64,000 nt of DNA, from contig OX442314.1 in assembly GCA_949358305.1 (NCBI GenBank), positions 17,050,001-17,114,000 on the forward strand, in the 5' to 3' direction. The translations under genes were made by a program, and so were the position numbers. The DNA is from Strigamia acuminata. Its lineage: Eukaryota. Below the pieces are notes generated by a model. That model saw nothing but the letters and a program-made list of their open reading frames with translations, was not told the DNA's origin and ran no database searches. Positions 13,928 to 25,200 of the stretch are shown piece by piece (the stretch's first letter is position 1; the number at the start of each line of letters is the position of its first letter).

Positions 13928-14793
13928 TTACGATTGAAGACCTAAAGCTGCGAGAATTTGCTTCGGATCGGCGTGATCTGTTACCGTTGGTTGAGCCCAT
14001 GAATAGATGGTTTTTTCTCCACCTAGAAAAATCGATGTTTAATTAAAAACGTTTTAAAATTGTTTTAACGGAGGCTTACCGGCAGCAACGATCAAAATGC
14101 CTCCATTTTGCAATCCGTCGCCCTTGAGATCACCACTGATTCCGGTCTGTTTCGCCTGAAATCAAATACGTTTGATTTAATTAGTTATTTCCTTTATAGT
14201 GCAACAACTGCTTTACTTTGCTAATAGCTTCACGTCCCATTACAAGAGCAGGAAGAATACTCAACACATTGTATCTAAAACAAAAGTTATTTTCAATATT
14301 TGATTAAGTAAACGATAAGAAAATACCTTTTATAACCAAGTCGACGGTAACATTCTTTTTTTGTGTCTATAAACATTTCTATTAGAAATAATATAAAAAA
14401 CAATTATGTAATTTATTTGTAATTTTTTTTAAAATTATCAAAAATACCTCCTGCAAAATAATTTCCGTCAAGAAACCCCTGAAGTCCAAACTCTTCCACA
14501 CCGACTCCTACCAGACGAATGTTTTGGGCGTCCAAAGAAGGCTTCACCGCATCACTCAACTCTTTGGCACCAGCCCGACACAACATTCATCCGAATCGAC
14601 GCAGAAAAGCAATAACGCATGTTTGATCTTTCCATAAACTTGCGGCCTCAACACTCTGCAAATAGTTTGGATAAATAGTTTGGTTAAACAAAAGGAATAA
14701 AATTCTGTACGGTACCTCATTAGTTGCGACATTCCTCAGCATAACATCGGCTATTTTCTTATGCTCGTCTTCCACGAACGTTGGCGATGCCAT
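13928..14793 (-). CDS. Selenoprotein U family (PRXL2B/FAM213B, prostamide/prostaglandin F synthase-like) with Sec UGA at 14587-14589; 6 exons; possible upstream in-frame ATG at 14877
   Basis: Translation ..SLWKDQTCVIAFLRRFG[UGA]MLCRAGAKELS..IRLVGVGVEE..FLDGNYFAGEMFIDTKKECYRRLGYKR..GDLKGDGLQNGGILIV..DHAD. Homology continues in frame past the UGA, and a SECIS lies 3'. Confidence 0.92.
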
Positions 14794-15341
14794 TCTTACG
14801 TTGGATGCACAACAAGTACTTGTGGAAGTGGATAGCAAACGGCGTAAAATAGCCGCCCCCTTGTTACCCAGATACATCTGCACCGTTGCTCTGATTGGCC
14901 GAATTAAATATTCGATATTTAGTAGCGTGCGGTATTTGGATATTCGTTGAGTTTAAAATTAAAATAGCAAAGAGCAGTTTTACACGGTAAACAGATTAAA
15001 AATTCATAAATTCTTTTTAAACACTTACAATGAATAAACTTTAGTTTTCAGAACGGGTTTAATAAAATTAGGCCTGCAAGTGTGGTGAATCTGAGTGAAT
15101 CAATATTGTTGTTGTTACACGCTACAGTAACTAGAGATGGCGTTGCTTTAGAATGTTACATCGTATTATTTATCAGACAAGGTTATTGCATTTGAAATTA
15201 TTATGACTTTGGTCTAGGGGAATTTTTTTCGATATTTATTTCGGCAGTGTTGATATTACACCTGATATTTTTTTTGACGAATCAAAACAAACGGTAAATT
15301 TAACTATCGATGCTGCTCCATATTTAGCTCGATGTTTTGTG

Positions 15342-18300
15342 ATGGAGTCAGAAGTAGAACTAGATTGGATTGTCAGAGAGGTAGTTTCATCGAAATAAGT
15401 TAATTTATAGACAAAAATACTTTTTGAATTTTAAAAACAGTATTTGGAATTAACGGGGCACGTAGAAGCATTGCACGTTTTTGATGCTGAAGTGAGAAAA
15501 CGAAAACCTGCAGACGACAAACGTGAAGACCGTCCTACTGTCATCGATCAAATTAACAAGAAAAAAGTAATTTTATAAAGTTAACTTTGTTTATTTAGAA
15601 ATGCGTCAGAAATTTTTACTTTCAGGTTGAATTGCTCGGATTATTTGATACTGGACATCGACAAAAATATTTTGAAGTTTGGGATAAGAGTATCCCATTG
15701 GAAACACGAGAGAAGAACGAAAAATGTCGAAATCTTGAATTTTATCTCCATATTCATTTTTCAGTTTTGCCCCTCCGATCGTCTTTCTGTGATGTAAAAC
15801 AACATAATGACTCGTGTTTGTCTGATTGAAGGAAAGTAACAAACTTATGTTTATAGAATGAAGATTTACAAGAAAGAATGAGCCACTTTAAAACCTTTCT
15901 TGAAACTCGTGGTTCTCAATTGAGTCAAACGCCTGAATTTTTACCCTTTTATGCACTCCCATTTATACCTCATCCAAAAAATCATCCGTCCTTTCAAGAA
16001 CTTTTTAAAGTGAGAATACTTTTGCACCGGTACTTATTTCATATAATGTATTGCTAAAAAAAATTTATACTTTAGGATTCTTGGATCAAAGAACTTCGTG
16101 ATAAATTAGATATATTTTTATCAAAAACATTAAAATGCAGTTTACAATCTCGTTTAAGTCAGCTTCTTATGACGGAGAAAAGCATGCAACAACAATCTCA
16201 ACAAGTATTTAATCATGTAGCGGAGTTGTCCCAAAGACTTTTTGCCTCACAACAACACGCGAAGAAAATTCAAGTGAAAAATTTACTAGTTGAGAAAATT
16301 TATATTTAAACTGAATTTTTATTTTACAGGAAGACTATCAGAAACTGATAGGATTATCAGCCGAGTTGATAGGTTCGCTGGAGTTGGCTGTTCAAGGCGA
16401 ACTTAACGATGTCGATCCAATTATTAATCTATGTGCTCGTTCATTTCCCGAAATATTTGGCGGCAGCGCATCAAAGTATACACAAATATATGAAATTTAT
16501 TCTCGGTAATTTTAGTAGAACTTTTTAATTAGTTGTATCACTTCTCAACTTAATGTCCAACCTTTAAATATGGACAAAATTCGCTCCGATTTATCTTCTG
16601 GCCATCCACACACCGTAGCATTGCTTTTGCAAGCTCTACGATGGGTGATTACTTGACATTGTATTATTTAACTTTATGTAGAATTGAATATTAACATTTG
16701 AAATTACTTTTTTTTAGAGAGTTACTAAATGTAAACACTGGGGACAACAAGTGGCAGTTCTAGTGTCGTACATAGCGTCTGATCTGTTGGGCTGTACGCA
16801 TGCGGGAAACTATAGAGTATTATAATATTGCACACACTTGCCATTAAGATTAGTTTAACTATAATTTTATTTTTATAGAAAGTAATGCTGTCGTTTATAA
16901 GGTCACAAATTCAAGAAATATGTCAGTCCGTATCGAGGCTTTTTAATCTTTTCGCCTGCTTTCGGGAAGGTCGTTTATATTTAGCGCAGTTTTCAGAATT
17001 AATCTGCTTACTAGTAGATAATTTGTTATATCGAAAATTGGATAACATAACTTTGGATATGACATTGGCCACACTCCAGAAACTGAGTCTTCGGTAGAGT
17101 ACAATTTGATATTATTTGGTATTATTTTAATACGGTAAAGTATATCTTATTTTAATTTTTAGGCGAAATCATCAGCTTATTATGATCGACAGAGGCATGG
17201 TAGAGTGGCTGATTGGCATTTTAGAGGATCACGAATCGCTCACGGATTACAGTCTGGAATATGCCGTGGCTTTATTTATGAATTTATGTCTTCGTGTGTC
17301 CGGTAAAAACCGATGTGCATCAAATCCGCATCGAGTTCTCAAAATGTTGACAGATTTATTAGGAAATCCGAATCAGGAAGTAACAAAAGATTAATTTTTA
17401 AAAATATTCTTATTTCTGTGATAAATTTGCTTGTAAATTCGTTTCAGATTGTCCCGTACGTGAATGGTGCCTTGTACAGTGTGCTGTATGTTGAGTCTGT
17501 GAGGAGAGAGGCTCAAGCAATGGCCATGGAAGATATTTTACGATGTTTTATTCAGGAAGGCAACTCGGAAATGAGACGTCAACTGGAATTTATATTGAAG
17601 CAGCTAATGACGGGTATTTTGTGACATAATTTAAGTGAATAAAATATATTAAGGTGATATATATTACGTAGATTCCTCCACTCAACTGGAGTCTGATGAT
17701 GATAGTAAAGAAGACGATGAAGATGACGATGACGATGAAGAAGAGGTAAATTATTATTTTTTTTAAAATGTCTTTATTTTATTTGTTGTATAATTTGTTA
17801 CCTTCAGAATCAACCAGGTTTAGAGGTTGATATTGACAGAGACGACTGTGTTCAAGCAGGAACGAACGAATTGTGCGGTGAACAGTTCTTAATTCAACGA
17901 TACCTGTTGGTAGGTTTTTATTATTATTAATTGTAGCAGTACGAAAATAAAATGATGTGTTTATATACTTTCAGTTACCTAATAGTACGAATGGGACCAA
18001 AATTAAGAAAGGCAGAGTAAGAGTGGTAATTAAATCTTATTAAATTAAAATTAATTTTTTTTTAACATTTTCTAGGTAAATTCGGCGAATGCAACGGAGG
18101 TGCTCACTAGTCCTGTAACACCACGACCAATCAAACACGAGGATGAATTAAAAGATGAAAATTTGTCGAATGATCACAAAGAACAGTTGCACGAAAGTGA
18201 CACTCGATCCAAGGTTGTTAGGCAATTGCTAGTTTTGTTTGCTTCGCTTACACTGACTTTTGCTTTTTTTATTATTTTAATTTACCAAGGTTAGGAAAAA

Positions 18301-18730
18301 AAGTACAAAAACCCACGCGCAGCCCAAAAAAGCAGCCCAGCCTTTGGAAAATCAAAAGCCGGCTTCGGAAACAGCCATAGAATCAACTGTACCTGAAGAA
18401 GGAGGTACATTTATCTTTGGAAATAGATTAGATAAATGTCGATTTTAAAAAATAATTTTATTTGTGATAAATTAGACGAAGATTCTCCGGTAAAATTGGA
18501 GGAAAAATGTGAGCCTGTTTCGACCAATGCTGCAGTGGCGAGTGTTAGCAAGACGAGCGTACCTCTTTACCAGTTAGGAGTTTATTTATTTGGTAATAAA
18601 TTAATTGAAATTATAAGGAATAATTTGTTGTAGAACGGATGAATATGCAATGGCGTTCAATTCGCGATCCAAAATTCCACGCACTCCGGATTCCGGGTCT
18701 CGAAATTCTCGAGCTACTCCTACAAGATGA
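15342..18730 (+). CDS. ARMC9: LisH/armadillo repeat-containing protein 9 (ciliary); start uncertain because the frame stays open upstream to about 15218
   Basis: [73 protein letters not shown], and C-terminal SRSKIPRTP. Confidence 0.9.
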
Positions 18731-19092
18731 TTTAATTTTTTTTTCACAAATTTAATTTAATTTAATTTTTTTTTTTACAAAAAAACAAAGAAATATTTCT
18801 ATATATTTTGTATGATTTTTTTTTTTATGACCGAGAACCTTATCTGTTCGCTTTTAATCTCGACTAATTGTCATTTGCTAGATTTTTGTGTGCACAGCTG
18901 CAAACGAATTTTTTACACTATTAAATGTTTGAACTTTTGTTGGCTTATAAAATTTTCGTTCTGAAACGACCGGTTTTATTTCGAAAAAATATATACAACT
19001 CGAATAGTAGTTAAAAATCGGAAAATCATAGCCGATTGTTTGAGGAAATCCCTATAAAGGAAATGGACTCGGCTAATAGAGGGTTTGGTCGA

Positions 19093-19125
19093 TCACGTGA
19101 CTGTTTGTGTATGACGTCATCATTC
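19093..19125 (+). promoter_or_regulatory. Putative spen core promoter: E-box (TCACGTGAC), full CRE palindrome (ATGACGTCAT), Inr-like TCATTC
   Basis: Motifs seen directly 125-160 nt upstream of the spen ATG; function is inferred. Confidence 0.5.
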
Positions 19126-19249
19126 GAGCAAGGCCCCCGGGATCGAGAGCGTAATAGCGGCAACACTGCGCGAAACAAACAGGATAAGGCGATGGGTGCG
19201 TTTTAACGGAGAAAACACAATGAACACCTCATGAGGACCCATACACAAG

Positions 19250-22200
19250 ATGGTTAGAGAGACTAGACACCTCTGGGTTGGCAATTTACCGGATAATATA
19301 CGAGAAGAGCGCATTTTGGAGCATTTTAAACGGTACGTCTGCTTGTTAAAAATTCGCGGCCGTTTTCTGCCATTTTGGAGCCGAGCGAGTGAGTCGAGTT
19401 GTTCACGTCGTTTCACTCCCGCAACAGCTTCGATCGTTGCCGATTCGCACGTACGTGATCGGTGGTGTATTTTGTGATGTAAAAGTGGTGTAAAGGTGTA
19501 CAAAGTGCAGTTTCGCGGTATAGGCGATGGCGAGGATCGAGCGAGGATTCCCCGCCCGATCGCACAGCCACGGCCGATCTCGCCGGAGTATACACAGCCA
19601 CGGCCAACGAGTCACTCGTCGAACGACACAGCTCATACGGAATAGAGCATATTTTCAATCTTTTTTTTTATTCTCCATTTAAAAAAGAGAAACGGCGGCC
19701 ATGGGATTATTTATTCAGTTTTAGATTTCCAATTTGGATTATTATCTGTGATTATATTTGTGTTGTTAATCGTCGTGTGTATCTCGCCTGTGTCTTTATT
19801 TCAGTTTTCTTCTTTATTTTCCGCCATTTCCGTTTGAATTTCCAATTTAATTTAATTTGTAATTTTTAATTTTTAATTTTATTTTTTTTTCTCATTTGTT
19901 TTTCCCAACCCCAACAACAAAGACCTGTCTCCAGGAAGTGGGCCAGGTGGAGATGAATTCGACTGACCATTTAGAATTCCTCCCTTTTTAAGCCTAAAAA
20001 TAAGCCTTGAAAGAATTCGTAAATATTAAATAGTTGCGCATAAAAATGTGGAAGAGGAAAAGGAAAAAAAATTCGCTTCTTATTTTATCACAATTGACTT
20101 TCTGCATTTAAATGTGCGCAATTGCTGAATGTATGCGTATAATTAAATTTTTTTAATTTTCCAATCAAGACCTTTGTTCACCTCGAATTTAGCCCTAAAA
20201 TGCATACAATCGATGAAATGCGAAATGGAAAAAAATTCCCTTTTGATTGACTACTATCCAAATTGATGCATTATCAGGGCCAGGTTAGTGTGTGTAGTAA
20301 TTGTTTCTTTCCTCCCCCTGCGATCTGCTGTAGCCCTACCCAGTCGGTATTTACTACTTCCCTGCGGCACCTCCTGCCTGGATGCGCCAGGCGTGTGCGA
20401 TCGATAACCGTGTTGGCGGCCACCCGCTGCCTTTGTTCCCCTGTCGTTTAGTAGATTTGAGGTCGTTACCGTTTTACTACAGCGGTTATGGCTATTTTCT
20501 ACTTTGGATTTCTAATAAAATCCACACAAAACTCAATTATCAATCGTCTAGTAACCGAATTTATTCCACAAATTAATGTCAACATTAATAAAAATTCTCT
20601 TTGGACTCTCATTAGATTATGTACGAATTTCAACATTTTCCTCCACGTCTCCAAGGGCTGCAATATGTTGTTGTTTGTTGCATATCCAGGCGCTCGTGAT
20701 CAATATTTTTCGATGGCGTTTTAAGAAACGATTCCAAAAGGAGGAAAAACTCGTTTCGCGGGGAGAGGGAGGGGAAGGGAGAGAGAGACGGAGAGAGAGA
20801 CTGAAAGAGCAAAAAAATGCTTTTATTTCCGTCTTGAAATATTTTTGGGAAAAAAATGTATTTCTGCGAAATATTTTATAAATGAGCGCAATATGCGAAT
20901 GAAATGAGGTTTATTTCCCTCAACCGTGGCCACATTTGTTCCTAGCGCAATTATCTGCTCTCCTTCGTTGACCCTTTTACGTCCAGAACACATTAAGCTA
21001 TCAACGAGATATATTTTTATATTTTCAACTCGTTAAAATTAATATTAAAATGAAAATTAATGATAAAAATGATTAATTATTAGACGAAAAACGAAACGAC
21101 AGCTGGTAGACGTATGTGGCAAAGTATACATCTTTCTAAATGTGGATATGGAGGTGACCTTGGATGGCTGAACATTTCCGTCAATATTGTTTTCTCGCGT
21201 GATTAGGGAGGGGCAACGCTAGTTCTAGGAATCGAGTTTGCAATATTTTTAATCTGAAGCTAAACCCTCTTTTTATTTCGGATTTTATCGGGATGTTTGG
21301 TAAATAGAAACGAAGAGAAGAGAAAGAGCGAGCGAGCGAGCGAGAGAGAGAAAAAAAAAAGAAAACAAAACAATTTGAAGTTTCATAAAGAATGGAATTG
21401 AAATGAAATGGATAGAAATACACACAATAGCACGCAGAGAGTGTCTTGTTTCTGGCATGGCGCCAGTAATGCCCAAGGGGTAAATCGATCACCAGACTAA
21501 TACGATCCATCTTCAGCACGTTGATGATCATTATTTCAATTCGACGCCAATTGCACCTTTTATTCCGTAATAAAATGTTGCAATTTGCGGGTTGTTTATA
21601 ATCGATCGCGCTCGCCGTTTCCTGGCTGCAGCCAGAAATGAACACACTGACCCTTGAGAAAGAAATGTGGGAATTGGAAAGTGTGTGTGTGTGTGTGGGT
21701 AAAAGTTGTTAGGCCTCGTTCGAGGAGCGAGCTGGGCGCAGGGTGAAGGGAAGGGAAGGAAAGGAAAGAGAAGAGAAGGGACGGCGAGTGTTTTATTTTT
21801 ATCTTTGCTCGTATAGTGTTGGAAGAGGAGAAGAGAAGAGAAGTATGAGTATGGGAAGGCATACATGTTGGTGTTTACTGTACAATTTACGTCTTGAGAT
21901 TGCGAAAGGCTTTTGTCAACACAATGCTTCGTAGTGGTTGCTAAGGCGACCATCGATTTTGCTGAATGTGTAGGTTGTAAGAAGCGTGGCCTGGTTGATT
22001 CTGTTTTGCAGAAACGTTTGGAAACGTCTTGGGCTGCAAATTGAATTGGATTAGGGTTACGAATTGGGGAATAAAAACAATTTGCTAATAAATTAACTTT
22101 ATTCATGAATTGAGGCTAGAATTTTTTATGTTTGACTTGAAATGAGTAGGTGGATGTTTTTATTTCTTTTTATTATTACTATTTTTTTTTATTTTCAGTT

Positions 22201-25200
22201 TTTTCTTTTGAAATTTAAATTTTTTTTTAAAAAAAATATGGTGAAGAGTTTCGAATATTTTTGTTTTGTTTATTTAGGACATTGAGCGAGGTTGATTTGA
22301 TTGTGTTTTTGTCTCGTTCGTGGAATTTGTGTCGGTTTATTGAGGGTGGAAAAAATATTTCGTTGTTTTGTGATTTATTTTGTTCGTGTTGCGTTTTATT
22401 CTCTTCTGGTTGTAGTTTGATGAGTCAACACGGTAAAAAAAAAATTATAAAAATATCTACGCATTTTAGCATTGGTGGCATTGATCGTTCCAGGTAAAGA
22501 TGGATGAGTGGTGCCCGTTTTCAAAGCTGCCGGAGATAATGGTGCACCAGGAGCAGTTAGTCGAGCGATACCAGCCCTTGTGTCCCTCAACTCGTGAAAT
22601 GAAAACTTAAAACTGAAACGTTTATTATTCGAGCAAGGAAAATGTGCGCGGTTTTTGGGAAGAAAGGGAAGGAAATATTTGATTTCTAGACAAATGGGAT
22701 GTGGCGAATTTGGATTTTTATTTTAAAATAAAAAAAAATTGTTTTGACAATTTCTTTTAAGGCACGGATAAAGAAATTGTTTTACGTCATTGCAGTTGCC
22801 ATGGGAATGGCGCAGCAATTGGATGTTTGAAAAGAGTTTGGTTGGTGGCAGAAAGGCGCTGCTACTATGATGTTTCTTGTATTGATTTTTCCTGGTTGCT
22901 AGGGTAATGGATCAGTTATTTCAGTCTGCCGGTATTCAGGAGTCATGTAGAAGGGAGTAACTGCGTTTGTCTTTCATTTGACTCACTTTGGCCTCAGTTT
23001 TTTTTCTTTTTTATCTGCTTTTCTTGAATTTTTCTTCTTTTTTTTTCTTCTTTCTTTTCCAATTTAATCCTGTTGACATCGACAATGTATTTCTGGTTTG
23101 CGAATTTTTTTTTAGACGTCATTAAACTGAACTTTGCAGCTACATGCGCACAGTTTGCCAGTGATATGACCCCTTTTTTTTCTTTCTTATTAAAAAAAAA
23201 TAAATAAATAAAATTATTTAAAAAGTTTTTTGTGTCAAGGGTAAATAATTAATAAGTTGAAAGCAAGGAAGCAACATTTTATGTCTCTTTTTTATTTATT
23301 TGTTTTTATTGTTTACTATTTTTATAATGGCTTTATTTTCTGGATGAAATAAATTGAAATTTGTTGCGAGAAATGTAAAATGAAAAAAAGATGAAATTTG
23401 AGAATTGATGAAAATTGTTTTGTGTCCATTTTTGCAGATATGGCCGAGTTCAGAGCGTGAAACTTCTTGCCAAAAAAGAGGATGAGGTGGGACTTTGTGC
23501 CACGGTGGCGTTCATCGACATCAAGTCGGCGTCCAAGGCGCACAGCTCCGATAATAAAATCGATGAACGCACCCTGAAGACGGATTACTATGAGCCGCCA
23601 ACATCCAGCATGGCCGGCGCTGCCATTCACATACACGAGCGCGACGACGCTTTGTTGCGCACCACTAGTGCACTATACACTGCGTCACGTACTCAACGTT
23701 ACCCTCATGGGTAAGTGCACATCCTCTGCCAAAATCTGGATTAACTCGTCATAGGATTATTTTATAAATTTGCTTTTTTTCAGTTTGTTTATCATTTATT
23801 TACAATTTTTGTTTAAAAAAAATCTTGTTTTGTGACGCGGAGGATAAGTATGTTTAGTTGGTGCTAGAAAATTAAAGTGTGGTGGTGCATTTGGGAAATT
23901 AACGCGAATTGTGGATTAAGTTTTAAGTTGCACCGTTTTTACGCTTAAGGATATAGTGTACCGGAGTTGGAATATTTTTCTAATACTTTTTTGCGTTTTT
24001 TTGGTAAATTTTTTGTTTTTCGTCGTTTTGTTCTTGGATATTTTTTCGTAAACCGCCGGATTTAAAGTTTGAAATGAAATCACGATAAAAGGTGAAGTGC
24101 ACAGTGTTGTGGTAGATGGATAATATTGGTGGATCGTCTTCGTCTGAGAGGAGTTGGCGACCCCTGGATTTGATCCAAACACGCAGGAGCGTACGGATGA
24201 TTATAATCAAATAAAAATTGAAACGTCATCTCAAGATGAACGACATTGAGATAAGCAAGAAGTGAAATTAAGAAGAAGTCGAAATTCATCGAACAAATTT
24301 AATATTGGTTCCATTTTGTTGCTATGGAGTTTGGAGTGGATGCGCACGTAGACAGTTTTGTCAGTTTGTGGTTACGTAACCGAGATACACATTGATTTCT
24401 CAAATTAGAGTTAATTTGATATTTTATCACTGATTTTTTTTCTTTTTTTGATTTTTTTTTGTTGGAATTTTATTTATTCATTGAGCTCTTTATATTTTTA
24501 ATGCGTTGGTTACCTTGGATTTTAGAAGTCGGGAGCAACAACTCGCCAGGAAACTGTAATTGAGCTTTTATTCATGTTTAAAGATGAATGTTGTTCTTGT
24601 TCCCAAAGTGGTTTTACCAGCAGTAGGAAGAATTAATCCATCAACCAGTTCAACCAACAAGTTTAATGATTCTATTTAAAAAATGATTATTTTTTTTTTT
24701 ACTTTTTCTTTTTTTTTTAAATTAAATTTGTTTCGTGAGAATTGATACTTGTATATATTTTTTTTCTTCTCCTGATTACATAGGAAGATGGCGGCTTTAA
24801 AACATGTTTTTTTTTGTGTTTCTTTTTTAATTTTTTTTTGGTTTTTTTTTTGAAAAAAATACTTACCAAACATTTGAATGGTAATGAAATTATTCTATCC
24901 CTAGATTGTCGGAGGATCGTGGGTATGAACGATCTAGTCACTACTTGGAGCGCCCTCCAGAGAGGGATTCTTCTTACGTTAGGCGGCAAACGAGTTACCA
25001 TAACGACGACGATGTGTACAGGGGCCGAGGAAGGACGAGGGAGAGAAGTTCAAATTATCGAGGGGTAGCCACACCAGGCTTCCAGTCTCCTTTAGAAAGG
25101 TACAGAAGGTTGAGAATAAATATTTTTCCCGTAAATACTTATTGAATTCTATTCTCTGCTGGTTTGAGCGATTTTATTTTTTTTCAATGGGACTGAATTT

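Noticed and set aside
20263..22106. ORFs and GAGA/GT tracts in spen intron 1 as a nested gene or Polycomb element
   Set aside because: The ORFs are simple-sequence derived, and the motif content alone is too common to support a call.
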